This document shows, piece by piece, positions 45,497-55,456 of a stretch of DNA of 64,000 bases; the stretch's first letter is position 1; every line of letters starts with the position of its first letter. A program made the position numbers and the translations under genes. Origin of the DNA: Escherichia coli. Lineage in GTDB: Bacteria > Pseudomonadota > Gammaproteobacteria > Enterobacterales > Enterobacteriaceae. Below the pieces are notes generated by a model. That model was not told where the DNA came from, did no database searches, and saw only the letters and a list, made by a program, of their open reading frames with translations. The stretch lies in the NCBI RefSeq assembly GCF_003334405.1, contig NZ_QOWM01000004.1; one strand, given 5' to 3'.

Positions 45497-47773
45497 ATGC
45501 TCAATCAAGAACTGGAACTCAGTTTAAATATGGCTTTCGCCAGAGCGCGCGAGCACCGTCATGAGTTTATGACCGTCGAGCACTTGTTACTGGCGCTGCT
45601 CAGTAACCCATCTGCCCGGGAGGCGCTGGAAGCGTGTTCTGTGGATTTGGTTGCGCTCCGTCAGGAACTGGAAGCCTTTATTGAACAAACCACACCCGTT
45701 CTGCCTGCCAGTGAAGAGGAGCGCGACACACAGCCGACGCTGAGTTTTCAGCGTGTACTGCAACGTGCGGTCTTCCATGTCCAGTCCTCCGGTCGCAATG
45801 AGGTTACCGGTGCAAACGTTCTGGTCGCTATCTTTAGCGAACAGGAGTCGCAGGCGGCATATCTGTTGCGTAAACATGAAGTCAGCCGTCTCGATGTGGT
45901 GAACTTTATCTCTCATGGCACGCGTAAAGACGAGCCGACACAGTCTTCTGATCCTGGCAGCCAGCCAAACAGCGAAGAACAAGCTGGTGGGGAGGAACGT
46001 ATGGAGAATTTCACGACGAACCTGAATCAGCTTGCGCGCGTGGGCGGAATCGACCCACTGATTGGTCGTGAGAAGGAGCTGGAGCGTGCTATTCAGGTTC
46101 TCTGCCGTCGCCGTAAAAACAACCCGCTGCTGGTGGGGGAATCTGGTGTCGGTAAAACCGCGATTGCGGAAGGTCTTGCCTGGCGAATTGTTCAGGGCGA
46201 TGTGCCGGAAGTGATGGCTGACTGTACGATTTACTCTCTCGATATCGGTTCTCTGTTAGCGGGCACAAAATATCGCGGCGACTTTGAAAAACGTTTTAAA
46301 GCGTTGCTCAAGCAGCTGGAGCAGGACACTAACAGCATCCTGTTTATTGATGAGATCCACACCATTATCGGTGCGGGTGCAGCGTCTGGTGGTCAGGTCG
46401 ATGCGGCTAACCTAATCAAACCGTTGCTCTCCAGCGGTAAAATTCGTGTAATTGGTTCGACAACCTATCAGGAGTTCAGCAACATTTTCGAGAAAGACCG
46501 TGCTCTGGCGCGTCGCTTCCAGAAAATTGATATTACTGAACCGTCGATCGAAGAAACTGTTCAAATCATCAATGGCCTGAAACCGAAGTATGAAGCGCAC
46601 CACGACGTGCGTTATACCGCAAAAGCGGTGCGTGCGGCGGTAGAGCTGGCGGTGAAATACATTAACGATCGTCATCTGCCGGATAAAGCCATTGATGTTA
46701 TCGACGAAGCGGGCGCTCGCGCACGCCTGATGCCGGTAAGCAAACGCAAGAAAACCGTTAATGTGGCGGATATTGAGTCCGTGGTGGCCCGTATTGCACG
46801 CATTCCAGAGAAGAGTGTTTCTCAGAGTGATCGTGATACCCTGAAAAACCTCGGCGATCGCTTGAAAATGCTGGTCTTCGGTCAGGATAAAGCCATTGAG
46901 GCGCTGACTGAAGCCATTAAGATGGCGCGTGCAGGTTTAGGTCACGAACATAAACCGGTTGGTTCGTTCCTGTTTGCCGGCCCTACCGGGGTCGGGAAAA
47001 CAGAGGTGACGGTACAGCTTTCGAAAGCTTTGGGCATTGAGCTTCTGCGCTTTGATATGTCCGAGTATATGGAACGCCATACCGTCAGCCGTCTTATTGG
47101 TGCGCCTCCGGGATACGTTGGTTTTGATCAGGGCGGTTTGCTGACTGATGCGGTCATCAAGCATCCACATGCGGTGCTGCTGCTGGACGAAATCGAGAAA
47201 GCGCACCCGGACGTGTTCAATATTCTGTTGCAGGTGATGGATAACGGTACGCTGACCGATAACAACGGACGCAAAGCAGACTTCCGTAACGTGGTGCTGG
47301 TGATGACCACCAACGCCGGGGTACGGGAAACTGAGCGCAAATCCATTGGTCTTATCCACCAGGATAACAGCACCGATGCGATGGAAGAGATCAAGAAGAT
47401 CTTTACACCGGAATTCCGTAACCGTCTCGACAACATTATCTGGTTTGATCATCTGTCAACCGACGTGATCCATCAGGTGGTGGATAAATTCATCGTCGAG
47501 TTGCAGGTTCAGCTGGATCAGAAAGGTGTTTCTCTGGAAGTGAGCCAGGAAGCGCGTAACTGGCTGGCCGAGAAAGGTTACGACCGGGCAATGGGCGCTC
47601 GTCCGATGGCGCGTGTCATCCAGGACAACCTGAAAAAACCGCTCGCCAACGAACTGCTGTTTGGTTCGCTGGTGGACGGCGGTCAGGTCACCGTCGCGCT
47701 GGATAAAGAGAAAAATGAGCTGACTTACGGATTCCAGAGTGCACAAAAGCACAAGGCGGAAGCAGCGCATTAA
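45497..47773 (+). CDS. clpA: ATP-dependent Clp protease ATPase ClpA (758 aa)
   Basis: Track ORF 45482..47773 trimmed to [20 protein letters not shown]...; two AAA modules ([16 protein letters not shown]). Confidence 0.93.
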   Translation: MLNQELELSLNMAFARAREHRHEFMTVEHLLLALLSNPSAREALEACSVDLVALRQELEAFIEQTTPVLPASEEERDTQPTLSFQRVLQRAVFHVQSSGRNEVTGANVLVAIFSEQESQAAYLLRKHEVSRLDVVNFISHGTRKDEPTQSSDPGSQPNSEEQAGGEERMENFTTNLNQLARVGGIDPLIGREKELERAIQVLCRRRKNNPLLVGESGVGKTAIAEGLAWRIVQGDVPEVMADCTIYSLDIGSLLAGTKYRGDFEKRFKALLKQLEQDTNSILFIDEIHTIIGAGAASGGQVDAANLIKPLLSSGKIRVIGSTTYQEFSNIFEKDRALARRFQKIDITEPSIEETVQIINGLKPKYEAHHDVRYTAKAVRAAVELAVKYINDRHLPDKAIDVIDEAGARARLMPVSKRKKTVNVADIESVVARIARIPEKSVSQSDRDTLKNLGDRLKMLVFGQDKAIEALTEAIKMARAGLGHEHKPVGSFLFAGPTGVGKTEVTVQLSKALGIELLRFDMSEYMERHTVSRLIGAPPGYVGFDQGGLLTDAVIKHPHAVLLLDEIEKAHPDVFNILLQVMDNGTLTDNNGRKADFRNVVLVMTTNAGVRETERKSIGLIHQDNSTDAMEEIKKIFTPEFRNRLDNIIWFDHLSTDVIHQVVDKFIVELQVQLDQKGVSLEVSQEARNWLAEKGYDRAMGARPMARVIQDNLKKPLANELLFGSLVDGGQVTVALDKEKNELTYGFQSAQKHKAEAAH

Positions 47774-47798
47774 TCTGATTGTTAGGTAGGTTGGTCAA

Positions 47799-47835
47799 GT
47801 CCGTAATCTCGAAAGAGGTTACGGACTTTTTGTTT
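47799..47835 (+). terminator. Rho-independent terminator of clpSA
   Basis: 12-bp stem gtccgtaatctc / gaggttacggac with gaaa loop, followed by tttttgttt. Confidence 0.75.
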
Positions 47836-47985
47836 ATGGGGTGGAGGAGGTTCAGACCCTTTTTTTAATGATGATGGTAAGTTGTTGATAATTAGTGCTG
47901 CGGGAAGGTAAGGATAAAAAAGGGTGCTGCAGGAGAATGGGATGGTTTTGCTTTATTAACAACGGGCTAAACGTGTAGTATTTGA

Positions 47986-48073
47986 GTTCACTGCCGTACA
48001 GGCAGCTTAGAAATTCACAGGTAACATACTCCACCCGCCCACCATGTTCACTGCCGTACAGACAGATAAAATG
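47986..48073 (+). CRISPR. Orphan type I-F CRISPR remnant: 2 repeats (28 bp) and 1 spacer (32 bp), no cas genes
   Basis: Repeat 1 gttcactgccgtacaggcagcttagaaa (47986-48013); spacer ttcacaggtaacatactccacccgcccaccat (48014-48045); degenerate repeat 2 gttcactgccgtacagacagataaaatg (48046-48073). The 28/32 geometry and repeat sequence match the Yersinia-subtype (I-F) consensus as I recall it. Confidence 0.8.
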
Positions 48074-48116
48074 CGAAAAAAAAGCTCGCACTTTCGTACG
48101 AGCTCTTCTTTAAATA

Positions 48117-48204
48117 TGGCGGTGAGGGGGGGATTCGAACCCCCGATACGTTGCCGTATACACACTTTCCAGGCGTGCTCCTTCAGCCACTCGGACACCT
48201 CACC
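48117..48204 (-). tRNA. serW: tRNA-Ser (anticodon GGA), 88 nt
   Basis: Minus strand reads GGTGAGGTGTCCGAGTGGCTGAAGGAGCACGCCTGGAAAGTG...GGTTCGAATCCCCCCCTCACCGCCA: class II tRNA with long variable arm, anticodon loop CT-GGA-AA, T-loop GGTTCGAATCC, 3' CCA encoded. Confidence 0.92.
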
Positions 48205-48392
48205 AAATTGTTTTGCTACCAAACCTCATGGGTGGCAACGGGGCGCTACTATAGGGAGTTGGAGTAAAACGGTCAAGAAGAATTTTAATGATAATTATTG
48301 TTTGCTCATACTGTAAACAAGTTGTGCAGTATATCTACATCGAGACAAGTTACGGACTTATACTTCCAAAGTACTTCATACATATCACAAAA

Positions 48393-48420
48393 TAAAAAGG
48401 CCGGTTAAACCGACCTTTTA
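48393..48420 (-). terminator. Putative rho-independent terminator of infA
   Basis: Minus strand: GC-rich palindrome (ggtcggtttaaccggcc) followed by tttttatttt. Confidence 0.5.
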
Positions 48421-48457
48421 CTCGTTCTTTCTCTTCGCCCATCAGGCGGTAAAACAA

Positions 48458-48679
<222 letters not shown>

Positions 48680-48960
48680 ATCCTCTGGGGTATCACTACC
48701 GTAATTTGAACCGGCAAGATAATGCCGAAGTTCTGTAAATAAGTAAAGATTTGCGCGCTAAATCGCAACAAACAGGTTCGGCACATTACTCCGAAAACAC
48801 ACGGCTAAGCCGCACCAAAAGCGCAACGTATAAGGGAGCGGTGAGATAAACGATGGGCGTTACCTGACGCGAAAAATTCCTTATCGGCAGCGGGGTAATG
48901 AGCGTAACCAACTCTGCGACCGCAATTATAACACTCTGGGGAGAAATGTGCCGAAAACAT

Positions 48961-49665
48961 TCATTCTTGTGGTGAAAACAAGCATCGTGGTACCCAGAAA
49001 TTATTCGGCAATCGTCCGAGGCGCATTTGATTGAGATAATTAAGGTAATCCCGGCGGGGAATTTCGCAGGCACCAAGCGATGCTGTGTGATCGTTAAGGA
49101 CCTGGCAGTCGATAAGCTTACCGCCATGACCGATAAATTCCTCACAGAATACCAGAAGCGCCGTTTTAGACGCATTTTCCATCCGGCTGAACATGGACTC
49201 GCCACAAAATAGCGTTCCCTGGGCCACGCCGTACATACCGCCGACAAGCTCATCTTCACGCCAGACTTCAATGGAGTGGGCATGGCCGAGTTCGTGAAGG
49301 CGATGGTAGGCTTCGACCACGCCACGCGTGATCCAGGTTCCTTCTTCGCGATCGCTGGCACAGCCTTCAATGACCTGACCAAAAGCGTAATTCATCGTGA
49401 CACGATAGGGCGAGCGTTTATGAAATCGCTTCATACTACGGCTGATATGCAGTGATTCTGGCCATAGCACCGCGCGGGGATCGGGCGACCACCAGAGGAT
49501 GGGGTCGCCTGGAGAAAACCACGGAAAAATACCACGCTGGTAAGCCATTAACAGGCGCGCAGGGCTAAGATCGCCCCCAAGTGCCAGCAGGCCGTTAGGC
49601 TCACGTAATGCGCCTTCCGGGGAAGGGAAGGCTATTGAATGGCGAGAAAGCTGAACCAGGCGCAT
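48961..49665 (-). CDS. aat: Leucyl/phenylalanyl-tRNA--protein transferase (234 aa)
   Basis: Track ORF; recognised protein; synteny. Confidence 0.92.
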
Positions 49666-49706
49666 GACCGCAAAACTCCACGCAAGTCGGATCGTTCAAT
49701 AATAGC

Positions 49707-51428
49707 TTACAAACCCTGCTTGAACTGGTAATAACGCCCCTGTCTGGCAAGCAGTTCTGCGTGAGTACCTTGCTCAATAATTTGCCCGTTGTCCATCACT
49801 ATTATTTGTTGGAAACGAGAGAGTCCGCGAAGTCGATGGGTGACCATTAACACCGTTTTCTCACGCATCATTTCTGCAAGCAATTCAAGGATCTGGCTTT
49901 CGGTTGTGGCATCTAAGCCTTCGGTAGGTTCATCCAGCAACACCAGTGGCGCATCATGTAACAGCGCACGGGCGATAGCCAGACGGCGCAGTTCACCACC
50001 GGAGAGCTGGCGTCCGCCTTCACCTAACCAACTGTTGAGACCTGCATCCTCGAGCAGCTTTTCCAGGCCAACGCGACGCAAGATCTCCGACAGAGCCTCA
50101 TCACTACTGCCAGGCGAGGCGAGTAAAAGATTATCACGCAGCGTGGCGCTAAACAGATGCACTCGCTGAGGAACAACGCTGATGGTCTGTCGTAGAGCCG
50201 CTTCATTCAGGCTGGCTATGGGGCTATCGTTAAGCAAAATCTCGCCCTGTTGCGGGTCCCATGCGCGGGTCAGCAGTTGTAACAGTGTTGATTTGCCGCA
50301 TCCGGTTCGCCCGAGAATCGCTATATGTTCCCCGGCGTTTACCTGAAGAGAAATCCCTTTAAGTGCCTGTTGAGATTGCTCCGGATAAGTGAACTGAACA
50401 TCCCGTAACGTCAGCGAAACGCGATCGGCAACACGAGTTTGGGTATCAGGAAAGGTGACCTCCGGTTTTTGATCCGTTAAGTCAGAGATACGTACGGCAG
50501 AGGCAATGACTTGCCCCAGATGCTGAAATGCACCCGTTACTGGTGCCAGTGCTTCAAACGCGGCTAACGCGCAGAAGACAAACAGGGCAATTAACGCGCC
50601 GGGTTGAGCATTGCCGCCAACGCCGCCAGACGCCATCCACAGCATCAGGATCACCGCTAACGCGCCAATGAGCAGCATTATCGCTTGCGACAATGCGGTC
50701 AGTTCAGATTGACGGCGTTGCGCTTCCAGCCATTGAATTTCTGTATTCTCTAGTTGCGTGCGATAACGATCGCTGGCACCAAAAATGGTCAGCTCAGCTT
50801 GCCCTTGCAGCCAGGCCGTCAGTTGTTGGCGATACTGTCCGCGAAGATGAGTCAGATTTTGCCCGGTGCTTTTTCCCGCACGATAAAACAGCGGTGGCAT
50901 CAGGAAAAGCGTCAGTAACATAATGCCGCCCAGCGTAAAGGCGAGGGTGAAATCAAGGAAACTTAACCCGATTGTCACCACCATAATCACCACAAAAGCG
51001 CCCACCAGCGGCGAGATAACGCGCAGGTAAAGATGATCGAGCGTATCAACATCCGCCACCACGCGATTGAGCAATTCGCCCTGACGATAGCGCGCCAGTC
51101 CGGCAGGGGAGAGGGGCAGCAATTTGCTGAAGGTGTAAATGCGCAGATGCTGCAACACGCGGAAAGTCGCGTCGTGACTTACCAGACGTTCAAAATAGCG
51201 CCCGGCAGTACGGGTGATTGCTGCGCCACGCACGCCCGCAGCGGGTAGCATATAGTTGAAGCTGTACAGTCCGGCAACCCCCGCAACCGCTGAGGCCGAG
51301 AGGAACCAGCCGGAAAGTGTCAACAGACCGATACTGGCGAGCAGCGTCACAATTGCCAGCACAATACCAAGACTTAACATCCATTTATGACGTTTATACA
51401 GTGCCAGATAGGGTAGCAAAGCGTGCAT
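49707..51428 (-). CDS. cydC: Cysteine/glutathione ABC exporter CydC (573 aa)
   Basis: Track ORF; N-terminal TMD plus C-terminal ABC ATPase (GRTGCGKST, LSGGELRR). Confidence 0.93.
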   Translation of the reverse strand: MHALLPYLALYKRHKWMLSLGIVLAIVTLLASIGLLTLSGWFLSASAVAGVAGLYSFNYMLPAAGVRGAAITRTAGRYFERLVSHDATFRVLQHLRIYTFSKLLPLSPAGLARYRQGELLNRVVADVDTLDHLYLRVISPLVGAFVVIMVVTIGLSFLDFTLAFTLGGIMLLTLFLMPPLFYRAGKSTGQNLTHLRGQYRQQLTAWLQGQAELTIFGASDRYRTQLENTEIQWLEAQRRQSELTALSQAIMLLIGALAVILMLWMASGGVGGNAQPGALIALFVFCALAAFEALAPVTGAFQHLGQVIASAVRISDLTDQKPEVTFPDTQTRVADRVSLTLRDVQFTYPEQSQQALKGISLQVNAGEHIAILGRTGCGKSTLLQLLTRAWDPQQGEILLNDSPIASLNEAALRQTISVVPQRVHLFSATLRDNLLLASPGSSDEALSEILRRVGLEKLLEDAGLNSWLGEGGRQLSGGELRRLAIARALLHDAPLVLLDEPTEGLDATTESQILELLAEMMREKTVLMVTHRLRGLSRFQQIIVMDNGQIIEQGTHAELLARQGRYYQFKQGL

Positions 51429-53195
51429 TTAAATCTCCTCCTGACGATGGGCCAGTAATGTGGCGAATGGGCCACCAGCCACACTTAATTCCGCGTAACG
51501 TCCTTGCTCAATAATCCGGCCATCCTGCATAACCCAAATGACATCCCAGTCAGCAAGATCTTCTAACTGGTGGGTGACCATTAACGTTGTCTGGCGCAGA
51601 GAGGCGGCATTCAGCGCCTCCATTACGCGCTGTTCACTGTGAGCATCAAGGCTGGCAGCGGGTTCATCCAACAGTAATAGCGAACAGGGATTTAGTAACG
51701 CACGGGCCACCGCCACGCGCTGCGCCTGCCCCACGGAAAGGCGGGCAGCCTGGTCGCCAACAGGCGTATCAACGCCTTGTGGGAGGAGCGGTAGAAACTC
51801 GCTGACCCAGGCGTTATCCAGCGCTGCTTGTAATTCTTGTTCGCTGGCATCAGGTCGCGCCAGTAGTACGTTATCCCGCAATGTTGCTGCCGGTAATTGT
51901 GGGTTTTGCCCAACCCAGGAGAGATGTTTACGCCATGATTCTGGTGATAAATCGCGTAATTCTATCCCGTTGATTCGTAGCGATCCCTGATATGAGAGAA
52001 AACCAGAAAGCGCGTTCAGCAGTGAGCTTTTACCTGAACCGCTGCGACCAACCAACACCGCACGTTGGCCTGCTGGCAAAGTAAAGTTCAGCGGTCCGGC
52101 CAGCGTTTTACCTTCCGGCGACGTGATAAACAGCTCCTCGGCCTCAATGGTCACCGGATCGGTCGATGCTAATTCCGCCTCACCACGTTGCGGATGGGCG
52201 AGCGGGGTTTCCATAAACGTTTTCAGACTGTCAGCTGCGCCAACAGCCTGGGCTTTAGCATGATAAAACGTACCGAGATCGCGTAATGGCTGGAAAAACT
52301 CTGGCGCAAGGATCAGGGCCAGAAAACCCGCAGCCAGCGTCACACCGGTATCGTAGTGACCAAAATCCAGCTCGCCGAGATAGGAAAAACCAAAGTAGAC
52401 CGCCACCAGAGCAATTGACAGCGAGGTAAAAAATTCGAGAATGCCGGAGGATAAAAACGCCAGCCGTAGCACTTCCATTGTCCGTTGGCGGAAATCTTCC
52501 GAAGCAGAACGAATACTTTCAATTTCAGCTTCACCACGACCAAAAATACGCAATGTTTCCATGCCGCGCAGGCGATCGAGGAAATGCCCACTTAAGCGAG
52601 CAAGAGCGAGAAAGTTACGTCGGTTAGCATCGGCAGCCCCCATTCCAACCAGCGCCATAAACAACGGAATTAACGGTGCAGTGCCCAGCAGAATGAGCGC
52701 CGCAGCCCAGTTAGAGGGGAAGATTGCCACCACAATCAGCAACGGCACCGACACTGCCAGCGCCATTTGCGGCAGATAGCGTGCATAGTAATCATGCATA
52801 TCGTCAATTTGCTCGAGTACCAGCGTCGCCCAGCTCCCCGCAGGTTTACCCTGAATCCACGCTGGCCCTGCTTGTTGCAGACGGTCGAGAACCTGACGGC
52901 GGATGGCAAAGCGGATATGCTGCCCGGCGTGATAACCCACCCGTTCGCGTAACCAGACCACCCATGCGCGCAGTACAAAGGTCAGAACCAGTAACGTAAA
53001 GGGAAGCAGCAGGGCTTCACGGGGAATATTCTCCATAATCATATGTTGCAGAATTCGCGCCATGAACCAGGCCTGGGCAATGATCAATATGCCGCTCACA
53101 AAGCCCAGCAGACGAGAAATATTCAGCCAACGTTGGGAGATGACGCTTTGCTGTTTTAACCAGCGGGTTAACTCTTTTTGACGAGATTTATTCAT
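51429..53195 (-). CDS. cydD: Cysteine/glutathione ABC exporter CydD (588 aa)
   Basis: Track ORF; abuts cydC; TMD plus ABC ATPase (GRSGSGKSS). Confidence 0.93.
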   Translation of the reverse strand: MNKSRQKELTRWLKQQSVISQRWLNISRLLGFVSGILIIAQAWFMARILQHMIMENIPREALLLPFTLLVLTFVLRAWVVWLRERVGYHAGQHIRFAIRRQVLDRLQQAGPAWIQGKPAGSWATLVLEQIDDMHDYYARYLPQMALAVSVPLLIVVAIFPSNWAAALILLGTAPLIPLFMALVGMGAADANRRNFLALARLSGHFLDRLRGMETLRIFGRGEAEIESIRSASEDFRQRTMEVLRLAFLSSGILEFFTSLSIALVAVYFGFSYLGELDFGHYDTGVTLAAGFLALILAPEFFQPLRDLGTFYHAKAQAVGAADSLKTFMETPLAHPQRGEAELASTDPVTIEAEELFITSPEGKTLAGPLNFTLPAGQRAVLVGRSGSGKSSLLNALSGFLSYQGSLRINGIELRDLSPESWRKHLSWVGQNPQLPAATLRDNVLLARPDASEQELQAALDNAWVSEFLPLLPQGVDTPVGDQAARLSVGQAQRVAVARALLNPCSLLLLDEPAASLDAHSEQRVMEALNAASLRQTTLMVTHQLEDLADWDVIWVMQDGRIIEQGRYAELSVAGGPFATLLAHRQEEI

Positions 53196-53252
53196 TGCAC
53201 GCTTAGCAGGTGAGTTATCAGAATTATTTGCAGAGCAATGTTACAACGGGGA

Positions 53253-53290
53253 AAAAATAAAGGCGACCCATAGTCGCATGGTGTCGCCTT
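53253..53290 (-). terminator. Rho-independent terminator of trxB
   Basis: Minus strand: hairpin aaggcgac...gtcgcctt followed by tattttttcc. Confidence 0.55.
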
Positions 53291-53317
53291 CTTTACTTTT
53301 GTTACTGATTTGTAAAA

Positions 53318-54400
<1,083 letters not shown>

Positions 54401-54827
54401 TCAAATTCTCCCGTCATTATCACCTCTGCTACTTAAATTTCCCGCTTTATAAGCCGATTAAATGATGAATAAACGCCCCTGTTAATGAATATCTGGCATG
54501 TTGTACTAAAAATCGATGTTTTGCTTTGACAATCCCCTGGTGTTTTGCGAAAACATTCGAGGAAGAAAAAAAACAGTATTCTTATATGCGCATAACCATG
54601 CATGTAAATACCATGTTTACCGTGCTAGTGAAATCTACGTATGGCGTGGACAGACGCCATTCGTGATGTCGATAGCTGCCACAAGGCAACGGTCTTCTCA
54701 CCGTAGACCCAGGCATTGCGCGCCGTGAATCTTCATGATTTCGGTCTATCGTGACGGGTAGCGACTCTGAACAGTGATGTTTCAGGGTCAGACAGGAGTA
54801 GGGAAGGAATACAGAGAGACAATAATA

Positions 54828-55322
54828 ATGGTAGATAGCAAGAAGCGCCCTGGCAAAGATCTCGACCGTATCGATCGTAACATTCTTAATGAGTTGCAAA
54901 AGGATGGGCGTATTTCTAACGTCGAGCTTTCTAAACGTGTGGGACTTTCCCCAACGCCGTGCCTTGAGCGTGTGCGTCGGCTGGAAAGACAAGGGTTTAT
55001 TCAGGGCTATACGGCGCTGCTTAACCCCCATTATCTGGATGCATCACTTCTGGTATTCGTTGAGATTACTCTGAATCGTGGCGCACCGGATGTGTTTGAA
55101 CAATTCAATACCGCTGTACAAAAACTTGAAGAAATTCAGGAGTGTCATTTAGTATCCGGTGATTTCGACTACCTGTTGAAAACACGCGTGCCGGATATGT
55201 CAGCCTACCGTAAGTTGCTGGGGGAAACCCTGCTGCGTCTGCCTGGCGTCAATGACACACGGACATACGTTGTTATGGAAGAAGTCAAGCAGAGTAATCG
55301 TCTGGTTATTAAGACGCGCTAA
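54828..55322 (+). CDS. lrp: Leucine-responsive regulatory protein Lrp (164 aa)
   Basis: Track ORF 54774..55322 trimmed to MVDSKKRPGKDLDRIDRNILNELQKDG...; recognised protein. Confidence 0.93.
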   Translation: MVDSKKRPGKDLDRIDRNILNELQKDGRISNVELSKRVGLSPTPCLERVRRLERQGFIQGYTALLNPHYLDASLLVFVEITLNRGAPDVFEQFNTAVQKLEEIQECHLVSGDFDYLLKTRVPDMSAYRKLLGETLLRLPGVNDTRTYVVMEEVKQSNRLVIKTR

Positions 55323-55360
55323 CACGGAACAGGTGCAAAATCGGCGTATTTTGATTACAC

Positions 55361-55380
55361 TCCTGTTAATCCATACAGCA
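55361..55380 (+). promoter_or_regulatory. Putative LexA (SOS) box in the ftsK promoter region (dinH)
   Basis: CTGTtaatccatACAG fits the CTGT-N8-ACAG LexA consensus about 80 nt upstream of the ftsK start; ftsK is known to have an SOS-inducible promoter. Confidence 0.5.
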
Positions 55381-55456
55381 ACAGTACTGGGGTAACCTGG
55401 TACTGTTGTCCGTTTTAGCATCGGGCAGGAAAAGCCTGTAACCTGGAGAGCCTTTC

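Noticed and set aside
47852-48316. Track ORFs 47852..48091(-), 48007..48222(-) and 48044..48316(+) in the clpA-infA gap
   Set aside because: They overlap the CRISPR repeats and the serW tRNA gene; their translations are low-complexity with no recognisable domain. The non-coding features explain the region.
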